A stretch of DNA of 35,548 bases from an uncultured Verrucomicrobiales bacterium (lineage in GTDB: Bacteria; Verrucomicrobiota; Verrucomicrobiia; Verrucomicrobiales; DEV007). The stretch is taken from contig CALKOM010000140.1 in NCBI GenBank assembly GCA_938091905.1, positions 1 to 35,548 on the forward strand, given 5' to 3'. Positions 19,630 through 29,197 of this stretch are shown here, in pieces. A program made the position numbers and the translations under genes. The notes beneath the pieces were generated by a model. That model saw nothing but the letters and a program-made list of their open reading frames with translations. It ran no database searches and was not told the DNA's origin. The first letter of the stretch is position 1, and the number at the start of each line of letters is the position of its first letter.

Positions 19630-19750
19630 GCTGGCGCAATCTTTGTTCGCGTCTTATGTGAGGGGCGTCCATAAAAACGAAAAGACACCCCCTTTTGGGA
19701 CTACCTGTTTTCGACAAATAGGGTCTGGGGAAGTCTTCTACGTAGCTCGG

Positions 19751-20665
19751 TTAGAGGCGCAGCCAAGCCGGATTAAAAGCAAAGTGGGAGCGGTACTCGT
19801 TTGGACTACGTCCGAAGTAGCGCTGAAAGCTCTTGGTAAAGTGCGCCGAGTCGGTGAAGTGCAAGTCCTGCGCAATGGCCGTGGCTGTCTTGTCAGTGAA
19901 GAGTAGTTGGCGAGCTGCGTGCTGCACCCGGCGACGCTGAGTGTAGTCTACCAGCGTTGTGCCAGTCGCCTTCTTGAACAGGCGACCTAGGTGATCGAGT
20001 GACATGCCCATGAGCGGTTCAAGAGTGGACAGCCGAACGGCACCACTGAAATTGATGCCGCCCTCGATGGCGCGCATGGCGTGCATGATCTCTGGACGAA
20101 GGGCGATGCGATTTCGGCGGCGCCAGTAGAATCCATACTCCTCACCAATGTGGAGGAAGATCTTGAGAAGGGTGAGGCGGGTGAGTGTTTCGTCGATCTG
20201 CTCCTGTCGGAGCTGATCCTTGAGGACTCCCAAGTCGGCAGAAACGTACTCAAACGGCTCTCGTTTGAGTGATAGCACACTGATAGGGTCCTCGGTTGGG
20301 AAGTCGAAGAGAATCTGAGCGAAGAACAGGCTGAGGAGATCGGGGCTATCCAGAATCATGTGGATGTCGTTCACCATCCACTCAGGCAAGAAACGCAGGC
20401 GAATCATCCGTACCTCAGTTGGCTGACGTGCGAAGTGAGTCTGGCCAGGTTGGCTGACAATCACGGAGCCAGCTCGCATAGACTGGAGGCTCTGCCCGTG
20501 CTCGTGGAGGAAGGTTCCACTTAGGACGATGAAGACCTCAGGCTGCTCTCGCGACGTGAAGTCCATGTCTCGACTAAGTTCGAACTCTTTGTAAAGGAGC
20601 GGCCATCCCTCAAGGCTTTCCGTGTGGTTCTCTTTCACTTCTGAGCTGGTAAAGACGGCTGACAT
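19751..20665 (-). CDS. AraC family transcriptional regulator
   Basis: N-terminal cupin-like region (EVFIVLSG...PGQTH) and C-terminal double HTH (HLGRLFKKATG...FTDSAHFTKSFQRYFGRSPNEYR). Confidence 0.93.
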   Translation of the reverse strand: MSAVFTSSEVKENHTESLEGWPLLYKEFELSRDMDFTSREQPEVFIVLSGTFLHEHGQSLQSMRAGSVIVSQPGQTHFARQPTEVRMIRLRFLPEWMVNDIHMILDSPDLLSLFFAQILFDFPTEDPISVLSLKREPFEYVSADLGVLKDQLRQEQIDETLTRLTLLKIFLHIGEEYGFYWRRRNRIALRPEIMHAMRAIEGGINFSGAVRLSTLEPLMGMSLDHLGRLFKKATGTTLVDYTQRRRVQHAARQLLFTDKTATAIAQDLHFTDSAHFTKSFQRYFGRSPNEYRSHFAFNPAWLRL

Positions 20666-20779
20666 AACGGGGTTATAATGATGGGAAAGTATAAATACGC
20701 AATGGAAACTTAATACGGATCATACTTATCATATTCAAGTCCGCTTAGTAGAACTGTGCGATAGTGTATAATTACGATC

Positions 20780-21574
20780 CTATCGAGGAATTCCTTTATC
20801 AAGGTAAAACACCTTAGAGAGGTAGAGTCCCTTCGCGGGGGCGCAAGCGGATGTTTTCAAAAGTCTCGGTGCAGATACGAGCTCTTTTAGCCTGGATTCT
20901 GACAACTTTCCGTGGGCAAATTGGATCATGGTGCCCACGAGCATTCGCACCATGCGATAGAGAAACCCGTCTGCGGTAAACTCCATAAACCATTGATTAT
21001 TAGTGGTTTCTGTGACCTCAATTCGTTTGATGGTCCGGACAGTGGAACGGGGAAGCGGGCAATTGGGACCTCGATTTGCCGCAAATGCCCTGAAATCGTG
21101 GGTTCCCTCGAGGATGTTTGCCGCTTGTAGGAGAACGTTTCGATCCAAAGGATTATGGATTTGCCAAGCTCTTTCAGCTAGCATAGGGGGTAGTATATTT
21201 CCGAGGAAGATTTGGTAGCGATAGGTCTTACTGATCACTGAAAACCGGGCGTGGAAGGCGTCTGAGACGGGTTCAGCCTCAAGGATTCGAATACTTGCCG
21301 GTAGTCTGGCGTTCATAGCCCGGGGCCAGGATTGGGCATCGAGATGGAGCCTCATTGGGGTATCCACGTGGCATACTTGCCCATCTGCATGCACACCGGC
21401 ATCGGTCCGGCCTGAGCCGTGAACCCGTGTCTCCGTCGGCATGCCGTTCATCTCGGCCAGAGCGTGCTCAAGCACATCTTGAATGGTATTGCCCGAGGGT
21501 TGGCTCTGCCAGCCCTCATAGGTGGCTCCGTCGTAGGCCACCGTCCATTTCCATCGTTGGAGAGCCTCAGCCAT
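20780..21574 (-). CDS. truA: tRNA pseudouridine(38-40) synthase
   Basis: AYDGATYEGWQSQ, GSGRTDAGVHA, FHARFS, GTHDF, FLYRMVR, APAKGLYL. Confidence 0.97.
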   Translation of the reverse strand: MAEALQRWKWTVAYDGATYEGWQSQPSGNTIQDVLEHALAEMNGMPTETRVHGSGRTDAGVHADGQVCHVDTPMRLHLDAQSWPRAMNARLPASIRILEAEPVSDAFHARFSVISKTYRYQIFLGNILPPMLAERAWQIHNPLDRNVLLQAANILEGTHDFRAFAANRGPNCPLPRSTVRTIKRIEVTETTNNQWFMEFTADGFLYRMVRMLVGTMIQFAHGKLSESRLKELVSAPRLLKTSACAPAKGLYLSKVFYLDKGIPR

Positions 21575-22694
21575 GCGAGGGGGCGATTAGTTCGCGGATG
21601 GCTAGGGCAGCGCGCTCGTGTGAACCAGGCTGACCGAGACGGGAAACGACCTCAGCGAGCTCTGTTTGCAAGGCGCGTCGAGTGTCTGAACATTCGAGGA
21701 GGCGTGTGAGTTCTGCGGCTAAGGCCGAGGGATTGGCCTCGTGCTGAAGAAGTTCTTTCACGACTTCACGGCGAGCCAGGATGTTGACGATTCCCAGGAA
21801 ATCGACTTTCACTAGAGCCTTGCCGATTGCGTACGTAGGCCAGGCTACGCGGTAGACCAGACAGTAGGGGAGGCCGAACCAAGCCGCTTCTAAAGTCGCG
21901 GTGCCTGAGGCGACGACACCACATGTCGCTCGCTGCATGAGGGAGTGAGCGTTCCCAACGGTTAGTGAGAGAGCGATATCAGATTCCTTTGCCATTTCCT
22001 CCATGGTCTGAGCGAGTGTTTCATTTGCAGCTGCCGTCGCGATCTCCAAATTTGGGAACGTTTTCAGAAGTTGCTTGGCGGTATCCAGCATGAGCGGAAA
22101 GAGTTTGCCGACCTCGCGCTCGCGGCTACCGGGAAATAATCCTAACAGATTTTCTTCGCGTGACAGATGTGCTACTTCGCTGAGTTCATCCACGAGCGGA
22201 TTGCCGGCAAAGACGGTGCGGAGGCCGGAGTCTTCGTAGAGAGATTTCTCAAATGGAAAGATGCAGATCATCAAGTCTAGCAAACGAGCCATGATTGGAA
22301 TACGACGACGGTTCCATGCCCAGACCTGAGGGCTGATATAGTACGCGATCTTCCCTTGGTAACCTCGTTCTCTCAGTGCCTTGGCCATGCGGAGGTTGAA
22401 GCCTGGGTAGTCGATCAGCACGATGACGTTCGGCGCGAACTCGTCAATAGCTTCGAGTGTTTGGGCGAACTGCTTTTTGAAGTAGCCATATTTCTTGAGG
22501 ACCTCCCAAAGACCCACCACGGCAGCATCGTCGATCCAGTTGTCCATTGTTTCGCCACCTATCGCATGCATCTGGGTGCCGCCTAACCCGGAAAAGATAA
22601 TGTCAGTCTCCTGCTGGCGAAGACTCTCCATGAGGGCTGCTCCATGGGTGTCTCCACTGAGTTCACCTGAGATTAGAAAGCAGCGTAGGCTCAT
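21567..22694 (-). CDS. lpxB: Lipid-A-disaccharide synthase
   Basis: GELSGD, IDYPGFNLR, YYISPQVWAW, IFPFE, PGSR..E, SGTATLE. Confidence 0.97.
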   Translation of the reverse strand: MSLRCFLISGELSGDTHGAALMESLRQQETDIIFSGLGGTQMHAIGGETMDNWIDDAAVVGLWEVLKKYGYFKKQFAQTLEAIDEFAPNVIVLIDYPGFNLRMAKALRERGYQGKIAYYISPQVWAWNRRRIPIMARLLDLMICIFPFEKSLYEDSGLRTVFAGNPLVDELSEVAHLSREENLLGLFPGSREREVGKLFPLMLDTAKQLLKTFPNLEIATAAANETLAQTMEEMAKESDIALSLTVGNAHSLMQRATCGVVASGTATLEAAWFGLPYCLVYRVAWPTYAIGKALVKVDFLGIVNILARREVVKELLQHEANPSALAAELTRLLECSDTRRALQTELAEVVSRLGQPGSHERAALAIRELIAPSHG

Positions 22695-22709
22695 TGTGCG
22701 AGGCGCGTT

Positions 22710-23642
22710 CTAGGCCTTCTTCTGGCCTTCCTCGATGAGTCGAGTGATTTCTAGCGCAACACCTAAGGCGTCAGTTCCCTCTTGTCCAGACACCTTCGGG
22801 GTTTCTCCTTGTATGGCGCAGTCGACGAACGAGGCGAGCTCTAGTTTGAGTGGTTCATCTTTCTCGACCTCGACCTTCTCTGGAACGATCTCTAAACCGT
22901 CCTTGCGGTAAACCATACCCTCTTGGGCTTGGTAATCGAGGGACACATAGCAGTCCTCTTGGAAGACGCGGATCTTGCGTAGTTTGTCAGGACTCACGCG
23001 ACTTGCGGTGACATTTGCGACGCAACCATTCGCGAAAACCAGGCGGGCATTGGCGATGTCTTCTCGATGAGTGAGGACGGGCACGCCGACGGCTTCGACC
23101 TTCTCAAGCGGGGCCTTGACGAGATGGAGCAGGATCTCCAGGTCGTGGATCATGACGTCCAGGACCACGCCAATGTCCATGCTGCGTTTCGGAAACGGGG
23201 AAAGTCGATGGACTTCGATAAATCTGGGATTAGAAAGCTGTCCTTCAAGTTGACGCATGACAGGATTAAATCTCTCGATGTGCCCCACTTGTAGAATGCT
23301 TCCGTTTGCGTGGGCACATTCTACTAACATGCGCGCATCCTCGACTGTGTTCGTGATGGGCTTCTCGATGAGGACGTGCTTCCCTGCGTTGATCAGCGTC
23401 TTGCCTATCTCAGCATGAGTGATGGTCGGTGTTGCGACGGTCGCCGCGTCGATTTGAGAAGCGAAAGTGTCAAGGTCCGAGGTGACTTGGGCACCGTAGC
23501 GCGCGGCGATCTCCTTGGCGCGGGATTCATCAGTGTCATAAATGACAGTGAAATCAGCTTTCGGGAGCTCGGAGAGGACTCGGGCGTGATTCTGGCCGAT
23601 GGCCCCGACTCCGGCGACGCCGATGCGTAAAGTAGAACTCAT
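22710..23642 (-). CDS. Gfo/Idh/MocA oxidoreductase, probable UDP-GlcNAc 3-dehydrogenase (GnnA-like)
   Basis: GVAGVGAIG Rossmann motif, HVLIEKP, VGHIERFNP, DVMIHD, TASRVS. Located between lpxI and lpxB. Confidence 0.85.
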   Translation of the reverse strand: MSSTLRIGVAGVGAIGQNHARVLSELPKADFTVIYDTDESRAKEIAARYGAQVTSDLDTFASQIDAATVATPTITHAEIGKTLINAGKHVLIEKPITNTVEDARMLVECAHANGSILQVGHIERFNPVMRQLEGQLSNPRFIEVHRLSPFPKRSMDIGVVLDVMIHDLEILLHLVKAPLEKVEAVGVPVLTHREDIANARLVFANGCVANVTASRVSPDKLRKIRVFQEDCYVSLDYQAQEGMVYRKDGLEIVPEKVEVEKDEPLKLELASFVDCAIQGETPKVSGQEGTDALGVALEITRLIEEGQKKA

Positions 23643-24484
23643 GATGGTGATGTTGAAGGACTAGAGACGATTGCTTTCCTGGCAAAGACGCTGATGCTCC
23701 ACTTCTTGCAATGGGCTTCGATGACCTCGCGTTCTAACACTAGGGTGCAATCAGCTTCCACGACGAGGGTTGAGATGCCTGCCTCGTGGGCAGTCTCTAT
23801 GGTGGCGGCTCCGATTACGGGAACATCGAACCGGAAATCTTGTTTGGGTTTGGAGACTTTGGCCATGAGTGCTTTGCCGTTACCCAATTGGCCGCCACGC
23901 TTCATCGCGGCGTTGGTCCCCTCAAAGGCTTCTACCGCTAGGACTGTACCATTCTTGACCACCACGGTTTGGCCGATATCGAGTCGGCTCATTTCTTTGG
24001 CAATGTCGAAGCCGTAGATCGCATCCTCCATGGTCTCCTGATCAAGTGGCCTTCCGGCCACGAGGCCCTCGGGAGGAATGGCTTCACCGAGATGTGTGGT
24101 CGCTGGCAAAAGTTCGATACCGTCTTTCGCCATCTCATTGGCAATTGCTCCAAAGATGGTCTCTGCGTTCTTGCGCTTCAGGCGACCAAGCATGGTGAGA
24201 GTGCGAATGTCAGGCCGAAGATCGAACAAGTTCTTCGGTGCGATCTGCCCGACCATGACAGCGTGGGCGATCGACTCCTTTTTGAAGTAATTGATCATTT
24301 TATTTAGCTGACCAACGCGAAACCAAGACCAGGCATCGACTTCGGATTCAAGGTCTGGGAGTGTTTCGTTTTTGAACGCTGCCACCACAAGGCGTGAGAC
24401 TCCCGCTCGCCGTGCTGCTTCCACGAAAGTGCGTGGGTAAACACCGTTGCCAGCGATCACGCCAATAGATTGATGGGTCGTCAT
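23639..24484 (-). CDS. lpxI: UDP-2,3-diacylglucosamine pyrophosphatase LpxI (DUF1009)
   Basis: IGVIAGNG, DIGQTVVV, AVEAFEGT, KPKQDFRFDVPVIG. ATG 24484; ATGA overlap with the next gene. Confidence 0.93.
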   Translation of the reverse strand: MTTHQSIGVIAGNGVYPRTFVEAARRAGVSRLVVAAFKNETLPDLESEVDAWSWFRVGQLNKMINYFKKESIAHAVMVGQIAPKNLFDLRPDIRTLTMLGRLKRKNAETIFGAIANEMAKDGIELLPATTHLGEAIPPEGLVAGRPLDQETMEDAIYGFDIAKEMSRLDIGQTVVVKNGTVLAVEAFEGTNAAMKRGGQLGNGKALMAKVSKPKQDFRFDVPVIGAATIETAHEAGISTLVVEADCTLVLEREVIEAHCKKWSISVFARKAIVSSPSTSPS

Positions 24485-24593
24485 GCCTGAGAAACCTGAG
24501 GAGGCCAAGCAGAGGCGGAAACGGATTTCACGTCAATCGCAACCTCGTTAATCTGGGCTCGTCGCCCCGGTGAAAACGTGTTTTAGTGTTTTC

Positions 24594-25634
24594 ATGCAAT
24601 CACTTATAGCGGCGATTCAGGGCGGGGCAGAGCTTGCCCCAGAGCAGGTTAGTGGAGCAGCGGAAGCATTGCTTGAGGAAAATGCGGCTGTGGAGGACAA
24701 AGTCGGTTTTCTCAAGGCTCTGCATGAGCGTGGGGAGACGGCCACGGAGATCGCGCTCTTTGTTGATGCATTTTTGAAGCACGCGGTGGTTCCGCCCCTG
24801 ACTGCCGATGACGTTGACGGACCGATGATTGATGTCTGTGGAACAGGCGGTGATAAGCTTGACCTCTTCAATGTCTCCACGACGAGTATCTTTGTTCTGG
24901 CAGCTGGGGGACTGACAGTGGTGAAGCATGGGAATAGGGGGATCACCTCCAAGAGTGGAGGTGCGGATGTGCTAGAGGCCTTGGGGGTTCGTATAGACCT
25001 AGGCCCAGAAGAATTTGCAGAAACGATTAAGAAGTATGGCGTTGGTTTCCTCTTTGCTCCCCGTTATCATCCGGCCTTTAAGGCAGTGGTTCCCGTGCGC
25101 AAGATCCTTGCTGAGCAGGGGCAGAAGACGATTTTTAACTTGTTAGGCCCGTTGCTTAATCCCGTGAGTCCCTCCTATCAAATGATTGGTGTCTTTGACG
25201 AGAGCTTTCCCCCAATCTACGCAGACATTCTGAGCCAGTTAGGACGGCGCGAGGCGTGGGCTGTGCATGGAAAGACTGCCGACGGTCGTGGTGTGGATGA
25301 AATGTCGACGATGGGCCCGACACAGATACACCGATGTCGGCAAGGAAAGGAGACGGATACCTGGTCAGTCTCGCCGTCGGACTTTGGAATGGCGCGGGCG
25401 ACGGTTGAAGAGTTGCAAGGTGGTGATGCGGAGATTAACGCCGCGATTCTCGACGGCATTCTTGCGGACAAGGTACATGGAGCCAAGCGCGACATGATCC
25501 TGCTTAACGCGGGCGCTGGCTTTGCGATTTCCGGGGTTGCTGAGGATATTCCAGCGGGAATCGAGCTGGCCAATGAATGCCTCACCAGCGGCCGAGCCTT
25601 AGCCAAGCTTCGAGCGTTGCAGGAGATTGGGTAA
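24594..25634 (+). CDS. trpD: Anthranilate phosphoribosyltransferase
   Basis: DVCGTGGD, FNVST, KHGNRGITSKSGGADVLEALG, FLFAP.YHPA, FNLLGPLLNP, GVDE. Confidence 0.97.
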   Translation: MQSLIAAIQGGAELAPEQVSGAAEALLEENAAVEDKVGFLKALHERGETATEIALFVDAFLKHAVVPPLTADDVDGPMIDVCGTGGDKLDLFNVSTTSIFVLAAGGLTVVKHGNRGITSKSGGADVLEALGVRIDLGPEEFAETIKKYGVGFLFAPRYHPAFKAVVPVRKILAEQGQKTIFNLLGPLLNPVSPSYQMIGVFDESFPPIYADILSQLGRREAWAVHGKTADGRGVDEMSTMGPTQIHRCRQGKETDTWSVSPSDFGMARATVEELQGGDAEINAAILDGILADKVHGAKRDMILLNAGAGFAISGVAEDIPAGIELANECLTSGRALAKLRALQEIG

Positions 25635-25676
25635 GCATTGTTAATATTCCCGTTGTGGAAATTATTGTTACGTGCT

Positions 25677-26136
25677 ATGGTTCTCACTGTGGCCCGTGCT
25701 GTTCCTGAGATCCTCTACTATCGTTGTCCGGTCTGTTCAAAACGTTTTCCGGGCTCGGCCTTCGAGGAGAATGACTTGCAGGCGGAATGTGTGGCTTGCG
25801 GGTCCCTAGTTGACTCCCCCTATGCAATCTCTGCACCAAATGACCGCGTGGTGGATTTGCCGTTCACTCTCCCTGAAATTTCCCATGAATTGAATCCGGC
25901 AGGGGGGGGCGATAGCTCAGACCGCGGACATCACCCAGCAGTTGCGGCAGGCGTTTGACGCTCTATCACATATAGACAAGACAAGGTTCCTTGAGGAGAC
26001 CTTGCCAAAGGTTGATCTCCCAATGCCGTCGGTCCAAGAGACTGCGACTGGCGCCACCGGAATACGTCTGATTGCTATAGGTGCTCTGTTAGTGACTGGA
26101 ACCGTGCTTCTAACGCTACTCTACTTTCAGGTATAG
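25677..26136 (+). pseudogene. Zinc-ribbon membrane-anchored hypothetical protein, frameshifted at a G8 tract
   Basis: CPVC...CVACG in the upstream frame and a TM helix (LIAIGALLVTGTVLLTLLYF) in the downstream frame. Shortening G8 (25902-25909) to G7 gives one 152-aa ORF. Confidence 0.65.
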
Positions 26137-26158
26137 CGGATCCTGATTGCTGTACATA

Positions 26159-26187
26159 GCAACGGCGACCTAATTGGTCGCCGCTAC
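26159..26187 (-). terminator. Hairpin downstream of rpsI, probable terminator
   Basis: CGGCGACC-TAATT-GGTCGCCG perfect 8-bp stem, extendable with G-U pairs, between convergent genes. The U tract is weak. Confidence 0.55.
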
Positions 26188-26218
26188 CAACAAAGTAAAG
26201 GCAAGCTGCGCTCAAGCA

Positions 26219-26608
26219 CTAACGCTTGGAGAACTGGAAGCGCTTGCGTGCACCAGGTTGACCAGGCTTCTTGCGCTCCTTCATCCGGGGATCACGCCGC
26301 ATGAGTCCCTTCTCCTTTAGACCAGCACGAAGCTCAGCGTCAATTTTGACGAGTGCCCGCGCAATGGCGAGGCGAATGGCACCAGCTTGACCAACGAGGC
26401 CACCACCAGCGGTGTTGATGTTCAAGTCGTACTTGCTCTGCAAGTTCGTGAGTTGAAGGGGCAGGAGGAAAGTATTTTGGAGACTCAGTGTCGGAAAGTA
26501 CTCGTTGTAGGGGCGCTTGTTCACCGTGATCTGGCCAGAGCCTTCGCACATTTGCAGACGCGCGATCGCATTCTTACGGCGACCGATAGTGGAGAGGATT
26601 TCACTCAT
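26219..26608 (-). CDS. rpsI: 30S ribosomal protein S9
   Basis: GRRKNAIAR, GGGLVGQAGAIRLAIARAL, RDPRMKERKKPG..ARKRFQFSKR. Confidence 0.99.
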   Translation of the reverse strand: MSEILSTIGRRKNAIARLQMCEGSGQITVNKRPYNEYFPTLSLQNTFLLPLQLTNLQSKYDLNINTAGGGLVGQAGAIRLAIARALVKIDAELRAGLKEKGLMRRDPRMKERKKPGQPGARKRFQFSKR

Positions 26609-26640
26609 AGAAAGGAATCAGTGTTGTCGTGGAAAAAGGA

Positions 26641-27072
26641 TTAGGAAGCAGCGTAAACCTCAGGAGATTGCGCCTCATGGGGATGCTCGGAACCTGCGTA
26701 AACCTTGAGCTTCTTGAAAATCTGGCTACCGAGGCGGTTGTGAGGGATCATACCTTTGACGGCTTTTTCCATCATGAGTTCTGGGCGACGACCGCGAAGC
26801 GTCCGCGCGTTTTCGATCTTCTGGCCACCAACATAGCCGGTGTAGCGAACGTAGCGCTTCATGTTTTCCTTATTGCCAGTGAGAACGGTCTTCTCTGCGT
26901 TGATCACGACGACGAAGTCACCGGTATCCACGTGGGACGTGAAGGTAGGTTTGTGCTTGCCACGAAGAAGGCGAGCGGCGGTTTCGGCGACGCGTCCAAG
27001 GGGCTTGCCCTCGGCATCGATCACCCACCACTTGCGTTCGACTTCTTGGGCTTTGGCAGAGAATGTTTTCAT
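26641..27072 (-). CDS. rplM: 50S ribosomal protein L13
   Basis: [48 protein letters not shown]. Confidence 0.99.
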   Translation of the reverse strand: MKTFSAKAQEVERKWWVIDAEGKPLGRVAETAARLLRGKHKPTFTSHVDTGDFVVVINAEKTVLTGNKENMKRYVRYTGYVGGQKIENARTLRGRRPELMMEKAVKGMIPHNRLGSQIFKKLKVYAGSEHPHEAQSPEVYAAS

Positions 27073-27125
27073 GTAACGCTGTGCGATCTGTATATAAATG
27101 CTCCTGCCCTATCGCAGGGAGGCGG

Positions 27126-27154
27126 ACGCTAGTGGGACAGATTCGGGGTGTCAA
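27126..27154 (-). promoter_or_regulatory. Sigma70-type promoter of rplM-rpsI
   Basis: Minus-strand TTGACA (27154-27149), 17-nt spacer, TAGCGT (27131-27126). Confidence 0.65.
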
Positions 27155-27228
27155 CCGCCAATCATTGGGGGAAACGGCTTTTTTCCAAAGGATTTCGAGT
27201 CCGCTCTGTCGTGTGCTATAAGCAGCGG

Positions 27229-27645
27229 GTGACCCAGTCCGCAATGCCAGTCGAGGATGCCCAGAACCGTCCGCGCTATACGACCGTGAGGGTGATGGGT
27301 GTGTTCGTAATCGCCATGATGGCGGTGACGTTGATGACCGGGCTTCAGCACCGGAAAAGGGACCTACTTGAGACGACTGAAGCACCCACGGCGTTAGGAG
27401 ACCGGGCGTTCTACGTGCTAAGCCGGCCCGTCAGTTGGACGCGGGCGGTGGCCAAGATGGAGGGAAAGACCCTATTTCTTCAGAGTGATGAACCCGTGGA
27501 GCGGGAGGACGTCCAGATGCGGAAGATCGCTTGGTGGCGAAGATTTCACCTCTACGAAGCTAGCGGAGAAGCGGAAACCTACTTCGTGAAGGTCAATAAA
27601 GGCCGCTACTTGCCCTTGGGGACAGTGAGGCGCTCAGCTGAGTGA
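27229..27645 (+). CDS. Hypothetical protein with an N-terminal transmembrane helix
   Basis: Hydrophobic [18 protein letters not shown]; fills the gap between rplM and gcvH. Start is GTG 27229 or ATG 27244. Confidence 0.6.
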   Translation: MTQSAMPVEDAQNRPRYTTVRVMGVFVIAMMAVTLMTGLQHRKRDLLETTEAPTALGDRAFYVLSRPVSWTRAVAKMEGKTLFLQSDEPVEREDVQMRKIAWWRRFHLYEASGEAETYFVKVNKGRYLPLGTVRRSAE

Positions 27646-28011
27646 TTTTTCGTAGTCTTCAGCAGTAAGCAGTTTGTCGAGTTCTGACGGATCGCTGGGC
27701 TTCAATTTAAAGAGCCAGCCGTCTCCGAACGCATCGGCGTTGATGGTTCCTGGCTCGGCTGTGAGGGCTTCATTGACCTCGATGACTTCGCCGCCAATGG
27801 GGGCATAAATATCGCTAGCGGCCTTGACGGATTCCACCACCGCAGCGGCCTCGCCCGCCTCCAAGATGCGCCCCAATTCGGGAAGCTCAACATAGACGAC
27901 GTCGCTGAGCTCGCTTTGGGCGTGATCGGAAATGCCGACAGCGAGTGGGTCTTTAGCGGTTTCGATCCATTCGTGGGAGTCGAGGAATCTTAGGTTCGTG
28001 GGAGTGCTCAT
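27634..28011 (-). CDS. gcvH: Glycine cleavage system H protein
   Basis: [23 protein letters not shown], lipoyl-Lys motif [18 protein letters not shown]. Confidence 0.97.
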   Translation of the reverse strand: MSTPTNLRFLDSHEWIETAKDPLAVGISDHAQSELSDVVYVELPELGRILEAGEAAAVVESVKAASDIYAPIGGEVIEVNEALTAEPGTINADAFGDGWLFKLKPSDPSELDKLLTAEDYEKSLS

Positions 28012-29102
28012 GTTGATGGGGGACGATAGAAAGGTTTCTTCACCGTGGTCACGGGAAATCTGCGATCACGAATGACGACTTCTAGCTCGCGACTTGGCTT
28101 CGCAAGGTCGCCTGGCAGGTAGGCCATCCCGATGCCATGGCCGAGGCTTGGCGAAAGGCAACCGCTTGTGAGAGTGCCAACCTTCGTCTCACCGTCATGC
28201 ACGGCATAGCCCGCGCGGAGCGGCGGGCCTTTTGAGGTCATGACCAAGCCGGCAAGGCGCTCATTGACGCCTTGGGACGTCTGAGCGACGAGGGCGTCTT
28301 TCCCCACGAAGCTAGGTTTGTTCATGCTAACGAAAAAGCTAAGACCTGCTTCGAGAGGCGTTCGGGTGTCGCTGAGGTCTGAGCCATTTAGTGGATAACC
28401 CATCTCCAATCGGAGAGTATCTCGTGCCCCGAGTCCGCACGGCGTGACGCCCGAAGCAATCAGTTGTTCCCAAAGAGTCTGAGCGTCTTCGTTAGGCAGA
28501 AAGATCTCGAAACCGTCTTCGCCCGTGTAGCCAGTGCGGCACACGAAGGCGTCGCCATGAGGCATGGGAAGGGTGATGACTCCGTTGCGCTGAGGTAGAC
28601 CTGGGCCCCCTGGCCAGACGGCTCTCGCGATGTGTGTGGTGTCTGGTCCCTGAATGGCCAGGCCAGCGTAGGCGTCGCTAGCATTACGCAACTCAAGTCC
28701 ATCTTGGAGTGTGGATTTCAGGGCGCCTTCGTCTTCGGTTACCTTAGAAGCATTGACGAGGAGCAAGAAGCGCTCGTCGGTCAGTCGATAGAGCAGGAGA
28801 TCATCGATGAAGCCCCCATGCTCGTTCAGTATGAACGTATAGTGGGCCATTCCTGGTGCGAGCGCGGCCACATCGTTGGTCAGTTGCCTATTCAGCCAGG
28901 CATCCGCCTCATTCCCTGAGACGAAGAGCTGGCCCATGTGCGAGATGTCAAACATGCCACAGCCGGCACGAACCGCGCGGTGCTCAGGTAGGATACCAGC
29001 GTACTGGACAGGCATGTTCCATCCGGCAAAGTCGATCAGACGTGCGCCGGCGGCTAGGTGAGCAGCTTGAAGGGGCGATTCATGTAGAGATTCGATACTC
29101 AC
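28008..29102 (-). CDS. gcvT: Glycine cleavage system aminomethyltransferase T
   Basis: [41 protein letters not shown]. Confidence 0.97.
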   Translation of the reverse strand: MSIESLHESPLQAAHLAAGARLIDFAGWNMPVQYAGILPEHRAVRAGCGMFDISHMGQLFVSGNEADAWLNRQLTNDVAALAPGMAHYTFILNEHGGFIDDLLLYRLTDERFLLLVNASKVTEDEGALKSTLQDGLELRNASDAYAGLAIQGPDTTHIARAVWPGGPGLPQRNGVITLPMPHGDAFVCRTGYTGEDGFEIFLPNEDAQTLWEQLIASGVTPCGLGARDTLRLEMGYPLNGSDLSDTRTPLEAGLSFFVSMNKPSFVGKDALVAQTSQGVNERLAGLVMTSKGPPLRAGYAVHDGETKVGTLTSGCLSPSLGHGIGMAYLPGDLAKPSRELEVVIRDRRFPVTTVKKPFYRPPST

Positions 29103-29197
29103 AAAGGGGAAGAACGGTGTGCGTCTGGTTTTGTCAAATTCAGTGAAGGCTCAATATAAGTTGCGCCTAGCAGAGCACGGCGTTTTATAGGCCGACA

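Noticed and set aside
26629..27132. 167-aa plus-strand ORF antisense to rplM, and similar short shadow ORFs throughout the track
   Set aside because: They fully overlap well-supported genes on the other strand or frame and show no recognisable motifs.
29103..29197. Glycine riboswitch upstream of gcvT
   Set aside because: The intergenic region is only 95 bp, shared by divergent promoters, and lacks the aptamer motifs.
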